A stretch of DNA of 64,000 nucleotides from Bacillota bacterium (lineage in GTDB: Bacteria > Bacillota > Clostridia > Oscillospirales > Acutalibacteraceae), in contig JAKJCA010000002.1 of NCBI GenBank assembly GCA_022706685.1, positions 4,459 through 68,458 of the forward strand, written 5' to 3'. Shown piece by piece: positions 1 to 8,118 of the stretch. The position numbers were made by a program, and so were the translations under genes. Under the pieces are notes generated by a model, which was not told the DNA's origin, ran no database searches, and saw nothing but the letters and a program-made list of their open reading frames with translations. Positions within the stretch are counted from its first letter, which is position 1. Each line of letters opens with the position of its first letter.

Positions 1-147
1 AGCCGCCGCAACGATGGAATCGACGCAATGTGTTTGGGCAAGTCGAAAAATCCGGGCCCACTCGACGGAATGCATGGGTGGTTCGGGCGCGGTTCCCGTT
101 GCGCCGCAATAGGTTAAATAAATTAAATAGGAAAACTCGGCGGTCAT
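1..147 (-). CDS. 5' end of a CDS that runs off the window (MTAEFSYLIYLTYCGATGTAPEPPMHSVEWARIFRLAQTHCVDSIVAAA...). Possibly the uncharacterised nucleotidyltransferase family that accompanies HprK-like kinases in RiPP clusters.
   Basis: Own translation of the minus strand from the ATG at 147-145. It is absent from the ORF track because there is no stop in the window. It is co-directional with, and 99 nt downstream of, the HprK-like gene. The family guess rests only on remembered N-terminal similarity. Confidence 0.3.
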   Translation of the reverse strand, partial: MTAEFSYLIYLTYCGATGTAPEPPMHSVEWARIFRLAQTHCVDSIVAAA

Positions 148-245
148 ATGCGTTTACCTTTGCTGCCGGATGAGGACAATGAATACATTCGCCGGTCAAT
201 GCGATACTATTGAATGCTATTATATCTTAATTCAAAGCCAAAATT

Positions 246-977
246 TTATTCTTGAAAGGCGCGGCTGCCGCCGGCCGACATAGCGGTCCAGGCCGTAATA
301 ACCGCATCCGGGCTGATGTTGCATTCAAGGACATAAGCGGGCACTTCCGCTAAAAAATCCGTCAGAATGCCGGCGCTGATAACGGGTGTTTGGCTGTCGA
401 AGCGCCGTAAAACCTGGCCCCACATTCGTTGAAAAGCCTCTTTTTGAGGAATGCGCCCGATGTGATTGACATCGGCCCTTTCCAGAAAACACAGTCCCCG
501 GACCGGGTGCCTTTCGTTGATGCTGATGTCCGCCTTGCCGCTCCACGGCGTTCCGTAGGCGTAATACCGGCCGTCTGTCTTCCGGATGACCGGTTTGTCG
601 TCGTTGAGGATAAAGCAGTTTTTACCCTGAAAATATTCCACCCAAAGAGAGGCGTGCGTTGATTTTCCCGTGCCGCAATCGGCGGAAAAAAGATAGGCGG
701 AACCGTCGAGCACGACGGCCGAAGCGTGCAAAACAATTGCGTTGCGGCGAACGACTTCAATATTAAAATCCAATCCCGAGTAGCAATATTCTATATCGTC
801 GTCGCTCCAACCGGGATGTTTGATTTTTAAACTGGCGATTCTGCCGCGGGTCACTTCAATCTTGAAATCCGGGCTGCCGTTTTGAACCGCCGTTGCAAGA
901 TAAGGCCGCGCCTGCGACAATATGCGGCCTGAACAGCGAAGGTCGACGGTAAAATCGGCGATAGAATACAGGGGCAT
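246..977 (-). CDS. HPr-kinase-related P-loop protein (ScmC / HprK-related-kinase-like), a putative peptide-tailoring kinase
   Basis: 243-aa ORF with the P-loop SADCGTGKST. Its ATG lies 1 nt after the ABC-exporter stop (TAAcATG), which suggests translational coupling. Size and layout match HprK C-terminal-domain-like proteins found in radical SAM/PqqD cassettes. Confidence 0.65.
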   Translation of the reverse strand: MPLYSIADFTVDLRCSGRILSQARPYLATAVQNGSPDFKIEVTRGRIASLKIKHPGWSDDDIEYCYSGLDFNIEVVRRNAIVLHASAVVLDGSAYLFSADCGTGKSTHASLWVEYFQGKNCFILNDDKPVIRKTDGRYYAYGTPWSGKADISINERHPVRGLCFLERADVNHIGRIPQKEAFQRMWGQVLRRFDSQTPVISAGILTDFLAEVPAYVLECNISPDAVITAWTAMSAGGSRAFQE

Positions 978-978
978 G

Positions 979-2757
979 TTAATCTTCTCCGGGCCGGTTT
1001 TGGGTTTCGGTACAGATTTTCCTTGCCTCGGCCAGGGTCAACGGCCGGATGCTGTGATCCGCAACATGGTAAACCTTGTCGCAGATTTCAAGCACGCCGA
1101 AACGATGCGTGCTGAAAATACAGATTCGGTTGCCTTTGGTATTTTTGACATTCTGCAGGATATTGCGCTCGGTTTCAATGTCGAGCGAACTGGTGGCCTC
1201 GTCGAACAGGATAATCGGCTTCCCGCAAATGATTGCGCGGGCGATTGCGATGCGCTGCGCCTGCCCTTCGGATATGCCGATACCGTTTTCGCCTACATAC
1301 GTGTTGATGCCGTTTTCCATTTCGGCGACAAAGTCGTAAGCGCAGGCTGCTTTCAACGCGTCGACAATTTCGGGGTCGCTTGCATCCGGCTTGACGGTCC
1401 TCAGATTATCGGCTATTGTGCCTGAAAAAACCGTATTGCCCTGGGGAACATAGGCAAACAAAGACCTGGTGTGTTCGCTGACCGGTATTTCCCGGGACCC
1501 GTCCGCTTTTATTCTGACGCAAATCTTTCCTCCGCTTGGCCGGATAAGCCCGAGCAGGGCGCGGAAAATGGTTGTTTTTCCGCTGCCGGAAGACCCGATC
1601 AAAGCCACGGTATCGTTGCGGTCAAAGAGCATATGGACGTTTTCGACGATCGCGTCGCTGTTTTTATACTTCACTTCGACGTTTTCGAACGCAATTTCGG
1701 CGCCGTACCGCAGGCAGTTCTCCGTCGTTTTTCTGCTGCTTTCCACGTCCGGCTGTTCGTCGCGGTTGAGCCTCATCACCTCCATAATCCGGCTCGTCGA
1801 CGTCGACGCCGAAACCAAACCGGGTACGATGCCCGTTATCGACGAAAAAGAAGACCTGAAGATGGAAGACAGCTGTAGAAAAAGCGTCATCGTCCCGAAG
1901 GTGATGCCGCCCGTCCAAAGCCTGTATATGCCCCAGGCGTAGCAAGCGTAATTCGTGAACATGCCCAGAACTCCCATAAAAGCCGAGACGATGAGCGAGA
2001 TTTTATTAAAATCCATATTCACTTTTTCGTATCTTGACTGAACGCGCCGCAGATTATAAACACGGAACGGTTCAATGGCGAACGCTTTTAATATCTGTAT
2101 GTTCTTTAACGATTCGGCATTGAAAGACATCAGTTCGCTGTCGATTTTTTTCGTTTCCATGCTGAAAGCGTGGATTCTTTTCATCATCAGTTTGTAAATG
2201 ATGCCGAGGAACGGCGCCGACAGGAGGGAAAGGAAGGCGAAAGTGGGGTCGTAATACACAATGACCGCGAAAGCGCCGAACATCATGGCCGAACTGAGTA
2301 AAACGGAGTTCAAAGTCGAAACGACAATCCCCGAAACCGTTCTGACATCCGAATGAAGCCTGTTGAGCAGGTCGCCGGTCTGATAAACGGAAATATCTTC
2401 CCAGCGCGTATTCAAAATGGCTTGAAAGGCGTCCGCGATCATGCTGTTGGTGATCCTGATATTCACTCTGAGCGATATGCGGCTTGAAAGCGAATTGATG
2501 GGGATGTTGCAAAGCGACAGCAGGATTGTTGCGGCGAACGCCGTCCGAACGCCGGAAAGATTTTTGCCGACGACCGAATCGATGACGAATTTGAACGCGA
2601 CGCTGCTGACAAGGCTCAAGCCGGTTGCGATCAGGCCGAGCAGCAGGCAGAGAACAATTCTGCCGGAATACCGTTTGGTGTATTGGTAGTTCCACTTGAA
2701 CGTCGCGATGATTTCGCGGAGTATTTGTCTGTTGATGATTTCTTTTTTGTTTTTCAT
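979..2757 (-). CDS. ABC exporter with fused 6-TM permease and ATPase (peptide-export type)
   Basis: Walker A GSSGSGKTT, signature ISEGQAQR, Walker B ILFDEATSSLD and H-loop FSTHR, with an N-terminal multi-TM domain. The ORF track starts at TTG 2823. The ATG at 2757 (MKNKKEIINRQ...) is the more plausible start. Confidence 0.9.
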   Translation of the reverse strand: MKNKKEIINRQILREIIATFKWNYQYTKRYSGRIVLCLLLGLIATGLSLVSSVAFKFVIDSVVGKNLSGVRTAFAATILLSLCNIPINSLSSRISLRVNIRITNSMIADAFQAILNTRWEDISVYQTGDLLNRLHSDVRTVSGIVVSTLNSVLLSSAMMFGAFAVIVYYDPTFAFLSLLSAPFLGIIYKLMMKRIHAFSMETKKIDSELMSFNAESLKNIQILKAFAIEPFRVYNLRRVQSRYEKVNMDFNKISLIVSAFMGVLGMFTNYACYAWGIYRLWTGGITFGTMTLFLQLSSIFRSSFSSITGIVPGLVSASTSTSRIMEVMRLNRDEQPDVESSRKTTENCLRYGAEIAFENVEVKYKNSDAIVENVHMLFDRNDTVALIGSSGSGKTTIFRALLGLIRPSGGKICVRIKADGSREIPVSEHTRSLFAYVPQGNTVFSGTIADNLRTVKPDASDPEIVDALKAACAYDFVAEMENGINTYVGENGIGISEGQAQRIAIARAIICGKPIILFDEATSSLDIETERNILQNVKNTKGNRICIFSTHRFGVLEICDKVYHVADHSIRPLTLAEARKICTETQNRPGED

Positions 2758-2911
2758 ATTCGGCAACGCGTCCTCATCGGATTCTTGCTTGACCCTTCGC
2801 GGACCAAAAACCGGGGGTATCAAAATAACCGGCGATTTTGATACCCCTTTTGGTAAGCGGCAGACAGGATTTATGCTTTTCTGATAATGAAGGAACGGTT
2901 GAAACGGTTGA

Positions 2912-3250
2912 TTACGGCCAACCCGGCGGCGGATACACCGGAGGATCCGGCGGGGTATGACGAGGATTGGAACATAACATCCACCATACGAGAGTGAAGG
3001 CGTCTTCCGGTTTGCTGGGATAAGTCGTGCAAGGGACCTCCGGGTTTGGTGAATTCGCCGGCCTGTCGTTACACCACCCTATACCATGGCAGTCATTGCA
3101 TTTTGCATCATCCAAATCACTGCCTACGCCGGAAATGAGCATCTGGTCGGTTTCATAGGAGATAATCGACGCCCTTGGGGTAACATACGTCTTTTTGATA
3201 CTTACACCTCCCTTCCAAACCATATCCTGTCTGTCAGTGATTCGTTTCAT
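2912..3250 (-). CDS. Candidate RiPP precursor peptide with a Cys/Trp/Pro-rich C-terminal region. The true start is probably ATC 3199 or ATG 3223.
   Basis: A small ORF sits between the second radical SAM gene and the exporter. GGAGG at 3211-3207 is followed by a 7-nt spacer and an in-frame ATC at 3199, giving (M/I)KKTYVTPRASIISYETDQMLISGVG... The core is ...CNDCHGIGWCNDRPANSPNPEVPCTTYPSKPEDAFTLVWWMLCSNPRHTPPDPPVYPPPGWP. No SD precedes the ATGs at 3250 or 3223. Confidence 0.55.
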   Translation of the reverse strand: MKRITDRQDMVWKGGVSIKKTYVTPRASIISYETDQMLISGVGSDLDDAKCNDCHGIGWCNDRPANSPNPEVPCTTYPSKPEDAFTLVWWMLCSNPRHTPPDPPVYPPPGWP

Positions 3251-4310
3251 GCCGGCTGGCTAATTGTCCGTTTTCAAAAGACTCGCGGCGTTCTCTGGCC
3301 TCGGCGCAAAACGACGCGGGTACTTTGCCGTAATCTTGTGTTTCCGCGTACAATTTTCCCAAACAAATGCCGCAGAAAGCTTTGTCGGCGCAGTTTTTGC
3401 ATTCGTTGGGACCTTCGATAACAGTGAGCTGATCGCAAAGGGAATGCCAGGCGTTGATAAAACCGTCCTGGAAGGGCTCGGTGTACGGGACGCTTGCCGT
3501 CGGACAAAGCTGCATGTTTCCGTTCCAGGTGATGCAGTAAGCGGCGTTGACGGAACCGCAGTTTTTGGGGAAAAGAAGAAGGGAATCATTCTTTCCCGGG
3601 GCACTCAGCAGGTTTTGGGGCAGGCTCCCGAAATCGGCGGACATCGCTTTGCCCTCGGATACCGCGCCCCTGACGGGGTTGTTGAGGTGGTACCCGTAAC
3701 GAAATTGCCAATTGTTCTCCCGCGCGATTTTTTCGACAGCGGAGAAGTCTTTCACATTTTCCTTCGTCACGGTCATCTTCAGCTCGATGGGAATGCCGTT
3801 TTCTTTCATCAGCAGTAAGTTTCTTAATACAACGTCAAAACCGTCCCGGACTCCGCAAAGCTTTTGGTACGTTGCGTTTGAAGCGCCGTAAAGCGATACC
3901 GAAACAGAATAAGGCGGATGCCCGGCAAGCCTTTTTACGGCCGCTTCGTCGATGAGATATGCGTTGGAAAGGATGATGGGCACGATGCCGAGGCTGACGG
4001 CCTTTTCATAGATTTCAAAAAAATCGGAACGTAAAAAAACCTCTCCGCCGGTCAGTTGCAGGATTAATGTGCCGGCTTGCGCGGCGCTTTTGATTAGTTC
4101 TATCCATTCGGCGGCCGTCCGTTCCCTGCCGATTTTTTTCATCTGCGCGGGTTCCAGGCGGATATAACACATTTTGCACTTGAAATTGCATCTCGGCGTC
4201 AGCTCCAGAGTGCCGCAAATCGGGATTCGTTTTTCTCTGCAGCGGCCGAACAACGTAAAGAAATATTTTTCAGAAATAGAAATGTTTGTTGGGGAGGAAG
4301 GCCTCTTCAT
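3234..4310 (-). CDS. Radical SAM / SPASM-domain peptide maturase (copy 2)
   Basis: CX3CX2C motif CNFKCKMC within GTLELTPRCNFKCKMCY. C-terminal Cys cluster CKNCADKAFCGIC...FCAEA. The start is set at ATG 4310 (AAGGTG SD, just after the PqqD stop at 4321) rather than the track start at 4400. It is a paralog of the 4648-5709 protein. Confidence 0.9.
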   Translation of the reverse strand: MKRPSSPTNISISEKYFFTLFGRCREKRIPICGTLELTPRCNFKCKMCYIRLEPAQMKKIGRERTAAEWIELIKSAAQAGTLILQLTGGEVFLRSDFFEIYEKAVSLGIVPIILSNAYLIDEAAVKRLAGHPPYSVSVSLYGASNATYQKLCGVRDGFDVVLRNLLLMKENGIPIELKMTVTKENVKDFSAVEKIARENNWQFRYGYHLNNPVRGAVSEGKAMSADFGSLPQNLLSAPGKNDSLLLFPKNCGSVNAAYCITWNGNMQLCPTASVPYTEPFQDGFINAWHSLCDQLTVIEGPNECKNCADKAFCGICLGKLYAETQDYGKVPASFCAEARERRESFENGQLASRHETNH

Positions 4311-4320
4311 GGCGTCACCT

Positions 4321-4587
4321 TTATGGCTCGATGATACCGTTTTCCTGTAAAAATGTGACAAAATCGCGGATGCCCGCCTCGGCTTCCTCTGGGCTGACAT
4401 CGTAAGCTTCCGTCATCTTTTCGACCAGCTGCGAAATTGTCGCGTCCTCCGCCAGACAATCCCAAAGGAACGCGCCGGTTTCGTTTAAATCGATGAGCGC
4501 GTCGAAACTGCTGAGGTTTGCGCCGGTTGGGATGACGACGTAAGTCTCGTCTATTTCCCTTTTAACAAAACCAGGTTTGATTTTCAT
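4321..4587 (-). CDS. PqqD-family peptide chaperone (RiPP recognition element)
   Basis: 88 aa, acidic. The pattern ...VVIPTGANLSSFDALIDLNETGAFLWDCL...ISQLVEKMTEAYDVSPEEAEAGIRDFVTFLQENGII is typical of stand-alone PqqD proteins. A GGAGGGA SD precedes it, and it lies between two radical SAM genes. Confidence 0.8.
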   Translation of the reverse strand: MKIKPGFVKREIDETYVVIPTGANLSSFDALIDLNETGAFLWDCLAEDATISQLVEKMTEAYDVSPEEAEAGIRDFVTFLQENGIIEP

Positions 4588-4647
4588 AAGGCCGTCCCTC
4601 CGGTTGCAATTATTTAATTGATCTGTGTTTATTTTTATTTATTGAAG

Positions 4648-5709
4648 TTAAGAGACATTGCCGGTGGTTTCCAGGGCTTTTTTGCACAGCCTTGCCCGTT
4701 CGCAAAATGCGGGCGAACAAACGCTGCTGCTTCCGGTTTCCGCCATCAGTCTGCCGATGCATACGTTGCAGTACGGCTTCATATCGCAATTCTCGTATTC
4801 GGGCGGGCCTGTGACAGCGTCTAATTTTCGGCACAGTTCTTTCCACGCCGCGTGGAAACCGTCCCGCCAAGGCAAGGTAAAGGGCTCGAACGCCGTTGCG
4901 CAAAGGCTCATTTTCCCATCCCACGTGATAAAGAACGAGGCGTGATAGGCGCCGCAGCGCCGGATGAACGGGCCGGTCGAATAGCGGGCGTGATAATTTT
5001 TATCTAAAAAAACGGGCAGATTGCCCAAGCCGATACCGAGTTCCTTGCCCTCGGAATGCGCGCCCCGGATAGGATTCCTGACGTTATAGTCATAATGGAG
5101 CGTATATCCGTTCCGGTTGGCGATTTCCCGTACGGCGCCGTAATCGGCGATATTCTCCTTTGTCAGCGTCATCTTAAATTCAAGTTTGATTTTTGCTTCT
5201 TTCAGCATGTGGAAATTGCGGATCACGGTGTCAAACCCGTTTTCAATACCGCAAAGCTTCTTATAGGTTTCGTTGGAGGCACCGTACATCGTAAAAGAAA
5301 AAAGATAGGGGGGATATTCGGCAAGGAACCGGATTTTTTCCTCATCCAGCAGGGACGCATTAGAAAGGATGATGGGCAAGCCGCCGTTTTGAACGATAAA
5401 GCGGTAAATATCAAAAAAATCCTGTCTTAAAAGCACCTCTCCGCCAGTCAGTTCAAACAGCAGCGTGCCCTCTTTGACGGCCTGTCCGATGAGGTCCGTC
5501 CATTCCCGCGCGGTTCTCTCGGCGCCGATCGTTTTCATTTGCCTGGGCTGAAGCCGGACATAGCACATTTTGCACCGGAAATTGCATCGCGGCGTCAATT
5601 CCAGCGTGCCGCACAACGGAAGTTGTTTTGCGCGGTATTTGTTGGACAGAAAAAGCAGATATTCTTCCGAAAACAAATCGCCTTTTGAACAAATACCCAT
5701 CATATCCAC
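4648..5709 (-). CDS. Radical SAM / SPASM-domain peptide maturase (copy 1)
   Basis: CNFRCKMC (CX3CX2C) in GTLELTPRCNFRCKMCY. C-terminal Cys cluster ENCDMKPYCNVCIGR...FCERA. The start is ambiguous among GTG 5709, ATG 5703 and ATG 5700. Confidence 0.9.
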   Translation of the reverse strand: MDMMGICSKGDLFSEEYLLFLSNKYRAKQLPLCGTLELTPRCNFRCKMCYVRLQPRQMKTIGAERTAREWTDLIGQAVKEGTLLFELTGGEVLLRQDFFDIYRFIVQNGGLPIILSNASLLDEEKIRFLAEYPPYLFSFTMYGASNETYKKLCGIENGFDTVIRNFHMLKEAKIKLEFKMTLTKENIADYGAVREIANRNGYTLHYDYNVRNPIRGAHSEGKELGIGLGNLPVFLDKNYHARYSTGPFIRRCGAYHASFFITWDGKMSLCATAFEPFTLPWRDGFHAAWKELCRKLDAVTGPPEYENCDMKPYCNVCIGRLMAETGSSSVCSPAFCERARLCKKALETTGNVS

Positions 5710-5736
5710 CCACAGTACTCAGCCGCGGGGCGATGC

Positions 5737-6222
5737 CTATTCGACGGAAAGACCGAACATTTTGACGGCGGCGCTGATGATGAATCTCCGGACCGGAACA
5801 AGGGCCAGCCAAATATGTTCGTAAAATTCCCAGACGATGTTGCCGGGTTGAATGAGTTTTTCGTTTCGTTTGGCCGAAACGACGATTCCTTTGATTTGCT
5901 CCGCTTCAACCGGCCCCTCTTTCACGCTTTGGAAATCGCCGATTAGATAAAATTGGTTCTCTTTTTTATCTTTGCTGTAAATCCTGTGAATCACATACTG
6001 GCCGTTTTTTCGCCGGAAAAGGACGATATCCCCTCTTTTCAGCTTGGATAGATCCGCTTTCCCGATATGGATGGTGTCCCTGCGGTTTCGAAGGAAGGGG
6101 TACATGCTCACCCCGCATGCAAGGACCGAAACGGCGTTGCCGCAGGCGATAATATCCGTTAAAACGCCGATATACTCTTGCGTGTTGCTGATTTTCACAA
6201 GAGGTGTATCCATATTCATCAC
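5737..6222 (-). CDS. S26-family (SipW/ER-type) signal-peptidase-I-like protein, a putative leader peptidase
   Basis: Ser box GVSMYPF, a His box ...YVIHRIY (Ser-His type, as in SipW-like enzymes) and a GDIVLF block, with a hydrophobic C-terminal segment. It is the first gene of the operon. Confidence 0.65.
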   Translation of the reverse strand: MMNMDTPLVKISNTQEYIGVLTDIIACGNAVSVLACGVSMYPFLRNRRDTIHIGKADLSKLKRGDIVLFRRKNGQYVIHRIYSKDKKENQFYLIGDFQSVKEGPVEAEQIKGIVVSAKRNEKLIQPGNIVWEFYEHIWLALVPVRRFIISAAVKMFGLSVE

Positions 6223-6258
6223 CGTCGGCTGAACAAAACAAAAGAAATATTGTGGCTT

Positions 6259-6287
6259 ATATTATCATTTTATTTTAGTATTGTCAA
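6259..6287 (-). promoter_or_regulatory. Sigma-A-type promoter for the RiPP operon
   Basis: On the minus strand: TTGACA (6287-6282), a 17-nt spacer, then TAATAT (6264-6259). It lies in an AT-rich gap about 35 nt upstream of the peptidase start. Confidence 0.5.
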
Positions 6288-6380
6288 TAATAGTTAGTAG
6301 TTATGCTGATTTTTGAAAACAGAACCCCGATAAAATGAATAAATATGCAATCAATTAAACCGATGATCAAATCGAACGGC

Positions 6381-6428
6381 AAAAAACAGCCGTGCAGTCC
6401 GCGGGCGGAAATGCGGATTGCACGGTTG
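6381..6428 (-). terminator. Intrinsic terminator after the URO-D-like gene. A-run/T-run on both sides makes it possibly bidirectional.
   Basis: The 10-bp stem CAGCCGTGCA (6387-6396) / TGCACGGTTG (6419-6428) has one G-U pair. It is followed on the minus strand by TTTTTT (6386-6381). Confidence 0.55.
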
Positions 6429-6444
6429 CGGGCTTTTTTCTCTT

Positions 6445-7548
6445 TCAGCGATGCGCGTACCGCGCCGAATAGTCCAAATACATCTTGATGCCTTCGCCAG
6501 GCACGTTCCAGGGGATATGGTTGCCGATGCACATCATATAGCCGCCGGTCATTTGAGCCGTTTCGACCATGCTCAGCACCATCTTTTTAATGGCCGCGCC
6601 GTCGCAGGAACTCAGGATGCGGTTGTCGCCCTCGCCGGCGAGGAAGCAGTCCTTGTGCTTCGCGGCGATGGCTTTGTAGTCGGTGTAAGGCTCCGAGATG
6701 ATGCCCCTCGCCCCGCAGGCGAAGACGTCGTCGGCGTAAGCGTCCATGCAGCCGTCCGCCATGAAGATGACCTCTTTGCCCGCGCTTTTGACGATGGACC
6801 AGAACTCCTCGTACCGCGGGAAGATATAGCGGTTCATCCATTTCGGCGAACATACGGGCCCGCGCGTGGTGACGATGTCGTCGTGGCAGATGACAAAATT
6901 GACCGGCAGCCGGGCGAACGCGCGGAACACCCGCCGGTTGAGCTCGGCGAACTCGTCCATCACGCGCTGAAAACGCTCGTCGAGGCAGCAGCGCAGGAAC
7001 ATCTCCCAGCCGAAGGTCAGCAGCGGCCACATGAACATGGTGTTGTAAAAACACACGGAAGCGTCGGAACCCTCCGGCGCTTTGTCGGGTGCGCCGGGCG
7101 AGTCGTCGCCGCCGAAAAATTCAAACAGTTTTTCCTCGCTGCTGTAGTCCCAATCGACGACCACGTGCGGCCACTTGACAAAATCGGCGGCGTGCTCGAG
7201 CGGGCTGAAGGCGAACACGTCCTCCTCGGTTTTGAAAAACGCCTCGCCGTGCTCCCAGGTGGCCGTTTCACCGTCTCCCCAGCGGACGGTGTGCTTCGCG
7301 CTGTCCGAACTGTCGCCCCCGGCGCCCAGGCGCGGCCGCGGCCTCGGCTTGTCGGAGTCGGGCACGCCGAGCCCCAGCTGCGGGTAGAGTTCGCGCAGTT
7401 TCAGCCGGCAAAGCCGCGGGTGCTCATAGTAGTCGATGCCGGTCAGCCAGGTTTCGGCGTCCGGGTTCGACCAGTGCTCCCAGTGGGGGATGCGTTTCGG
7501 CCCCAGCCCCATATAGGCCATGTACCTGTCGCTGTACGGCATGGGCAA
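6445..7548 (-). CDS. Uroporphyrinogen-decarboxylase (URO-D)-family protein, function unknown
   Basis: 367-aa ORF with a GGAGGG SD. Overall similarity from memory to URO-D/MtaA-like TIM-barrel proteins. It resembles the second copy at 47501-48550 in its C-terminal half. Confidence 0.55.
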   Translation of the reverse strand: MPMPYSDRYMAYMGLGPKRIPHWEHWSNPDAETWLTGIDYYEHPRLCRLKLRELYPQLGLGVPDSDKPRPRPRLGAGGDSSDSAKHTVRWGDGETATWEHGEAFFKTEEDVFAFSPLEHAADFVKWPHVVVDWDYSSEEKLFEFFGGDDSPGAPDKAPEGSDASVCFYNTMFMWPLLTFGWEMFLRCCLDERFQRVMDEFAELNRRVFRAFARLPVNFVICHDDIVTTRGPVCSPKWMNRYIFPRYEEFWSIVKSAGKEVIFMADGCMDAYADDVFACGARGIISEPYTDYKAIAAKHKDCFLAGEGDNRILSSCDGAAIKKMVLSMVETAQMTGGYMMCIGNHIPWNVPGEGIKMYLDYSARYAHR

Positions 7549-7563
7549 CCCTCCGCCACCGTG

Positions 7564-8091
7564 TCAAAACTTCATATACCAGTAGACCGCTTTTTCTTCC
7601 GCGGCGAGCGGCAGTTTGTCATAATCGATGACGTCCACCGAACCGATGGCCATGCCCTGTTTGGCGTAGAAGCGGCAGGCGGCCAGGTTGTTGTCCTGCG
7701 TTTCGGCCGCCAGCCCGGGGAAACCGGCGCTTTTGGCCCACGCGACGGCCGCTTCGAACAGCGCGCTGCCGACGCCCGAACGCCTCGCCGCTTTCCTGAC
7801 GCAAAAGTCCTCGATGAGGGCATAGCCGTTCCAGTTTTTCGCCAGCACGATCTGCCCTTCGCAACCGTCGCCGCCGATAGAAAAGAATACGGCTTTGTCC
7901 TGCCGGCCGACGTAATCCCCGGCACGGGCAGCGTTGGGCTCGTACGGCTTTTCGCTCGAAAAAGCGAAAAGTTCCTCGGCGCAGGACCAGCAGCCGTTCT
8001 CGTATTTCGGGAGCAGGCGGCCGATGATGTCAATCGGCTCGTTGGCCGTATTGAAATCGGCCATGTTTGATTGTGTCATGCGGACAATCAA
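7564..8091 (-). CDS. GNAT-family N-acetyltransferase
   Basis: Acetyl-CoA motif RKAARRSGVGSALFEAAVAWAK and ...NNLAACRFYAKQGM. The start is uncertain, with alternative Met codons at aa 5 and 10. Confidence 0.8.
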   Translation of the reverse strand: MIVRMTQSNMADFNTANEPIDIIGRLLPKYENGCWSCAEELFAFSSEKPYEPNAARAGDYVGRQDKAVFFSIGGDGCEGQIVLAKNWNGYALIEDFCVRKAARRSGVGSALFEAAVAWAKSAGFPGLAAETQDNNLAACRFYAKQGMAIGSVDVIDYDKLPLAAEEKAVYWYMKF

Positions 8092-8118
8092 TGGATTTCA
8101 CCGCCGGTTCCGCGCCGG

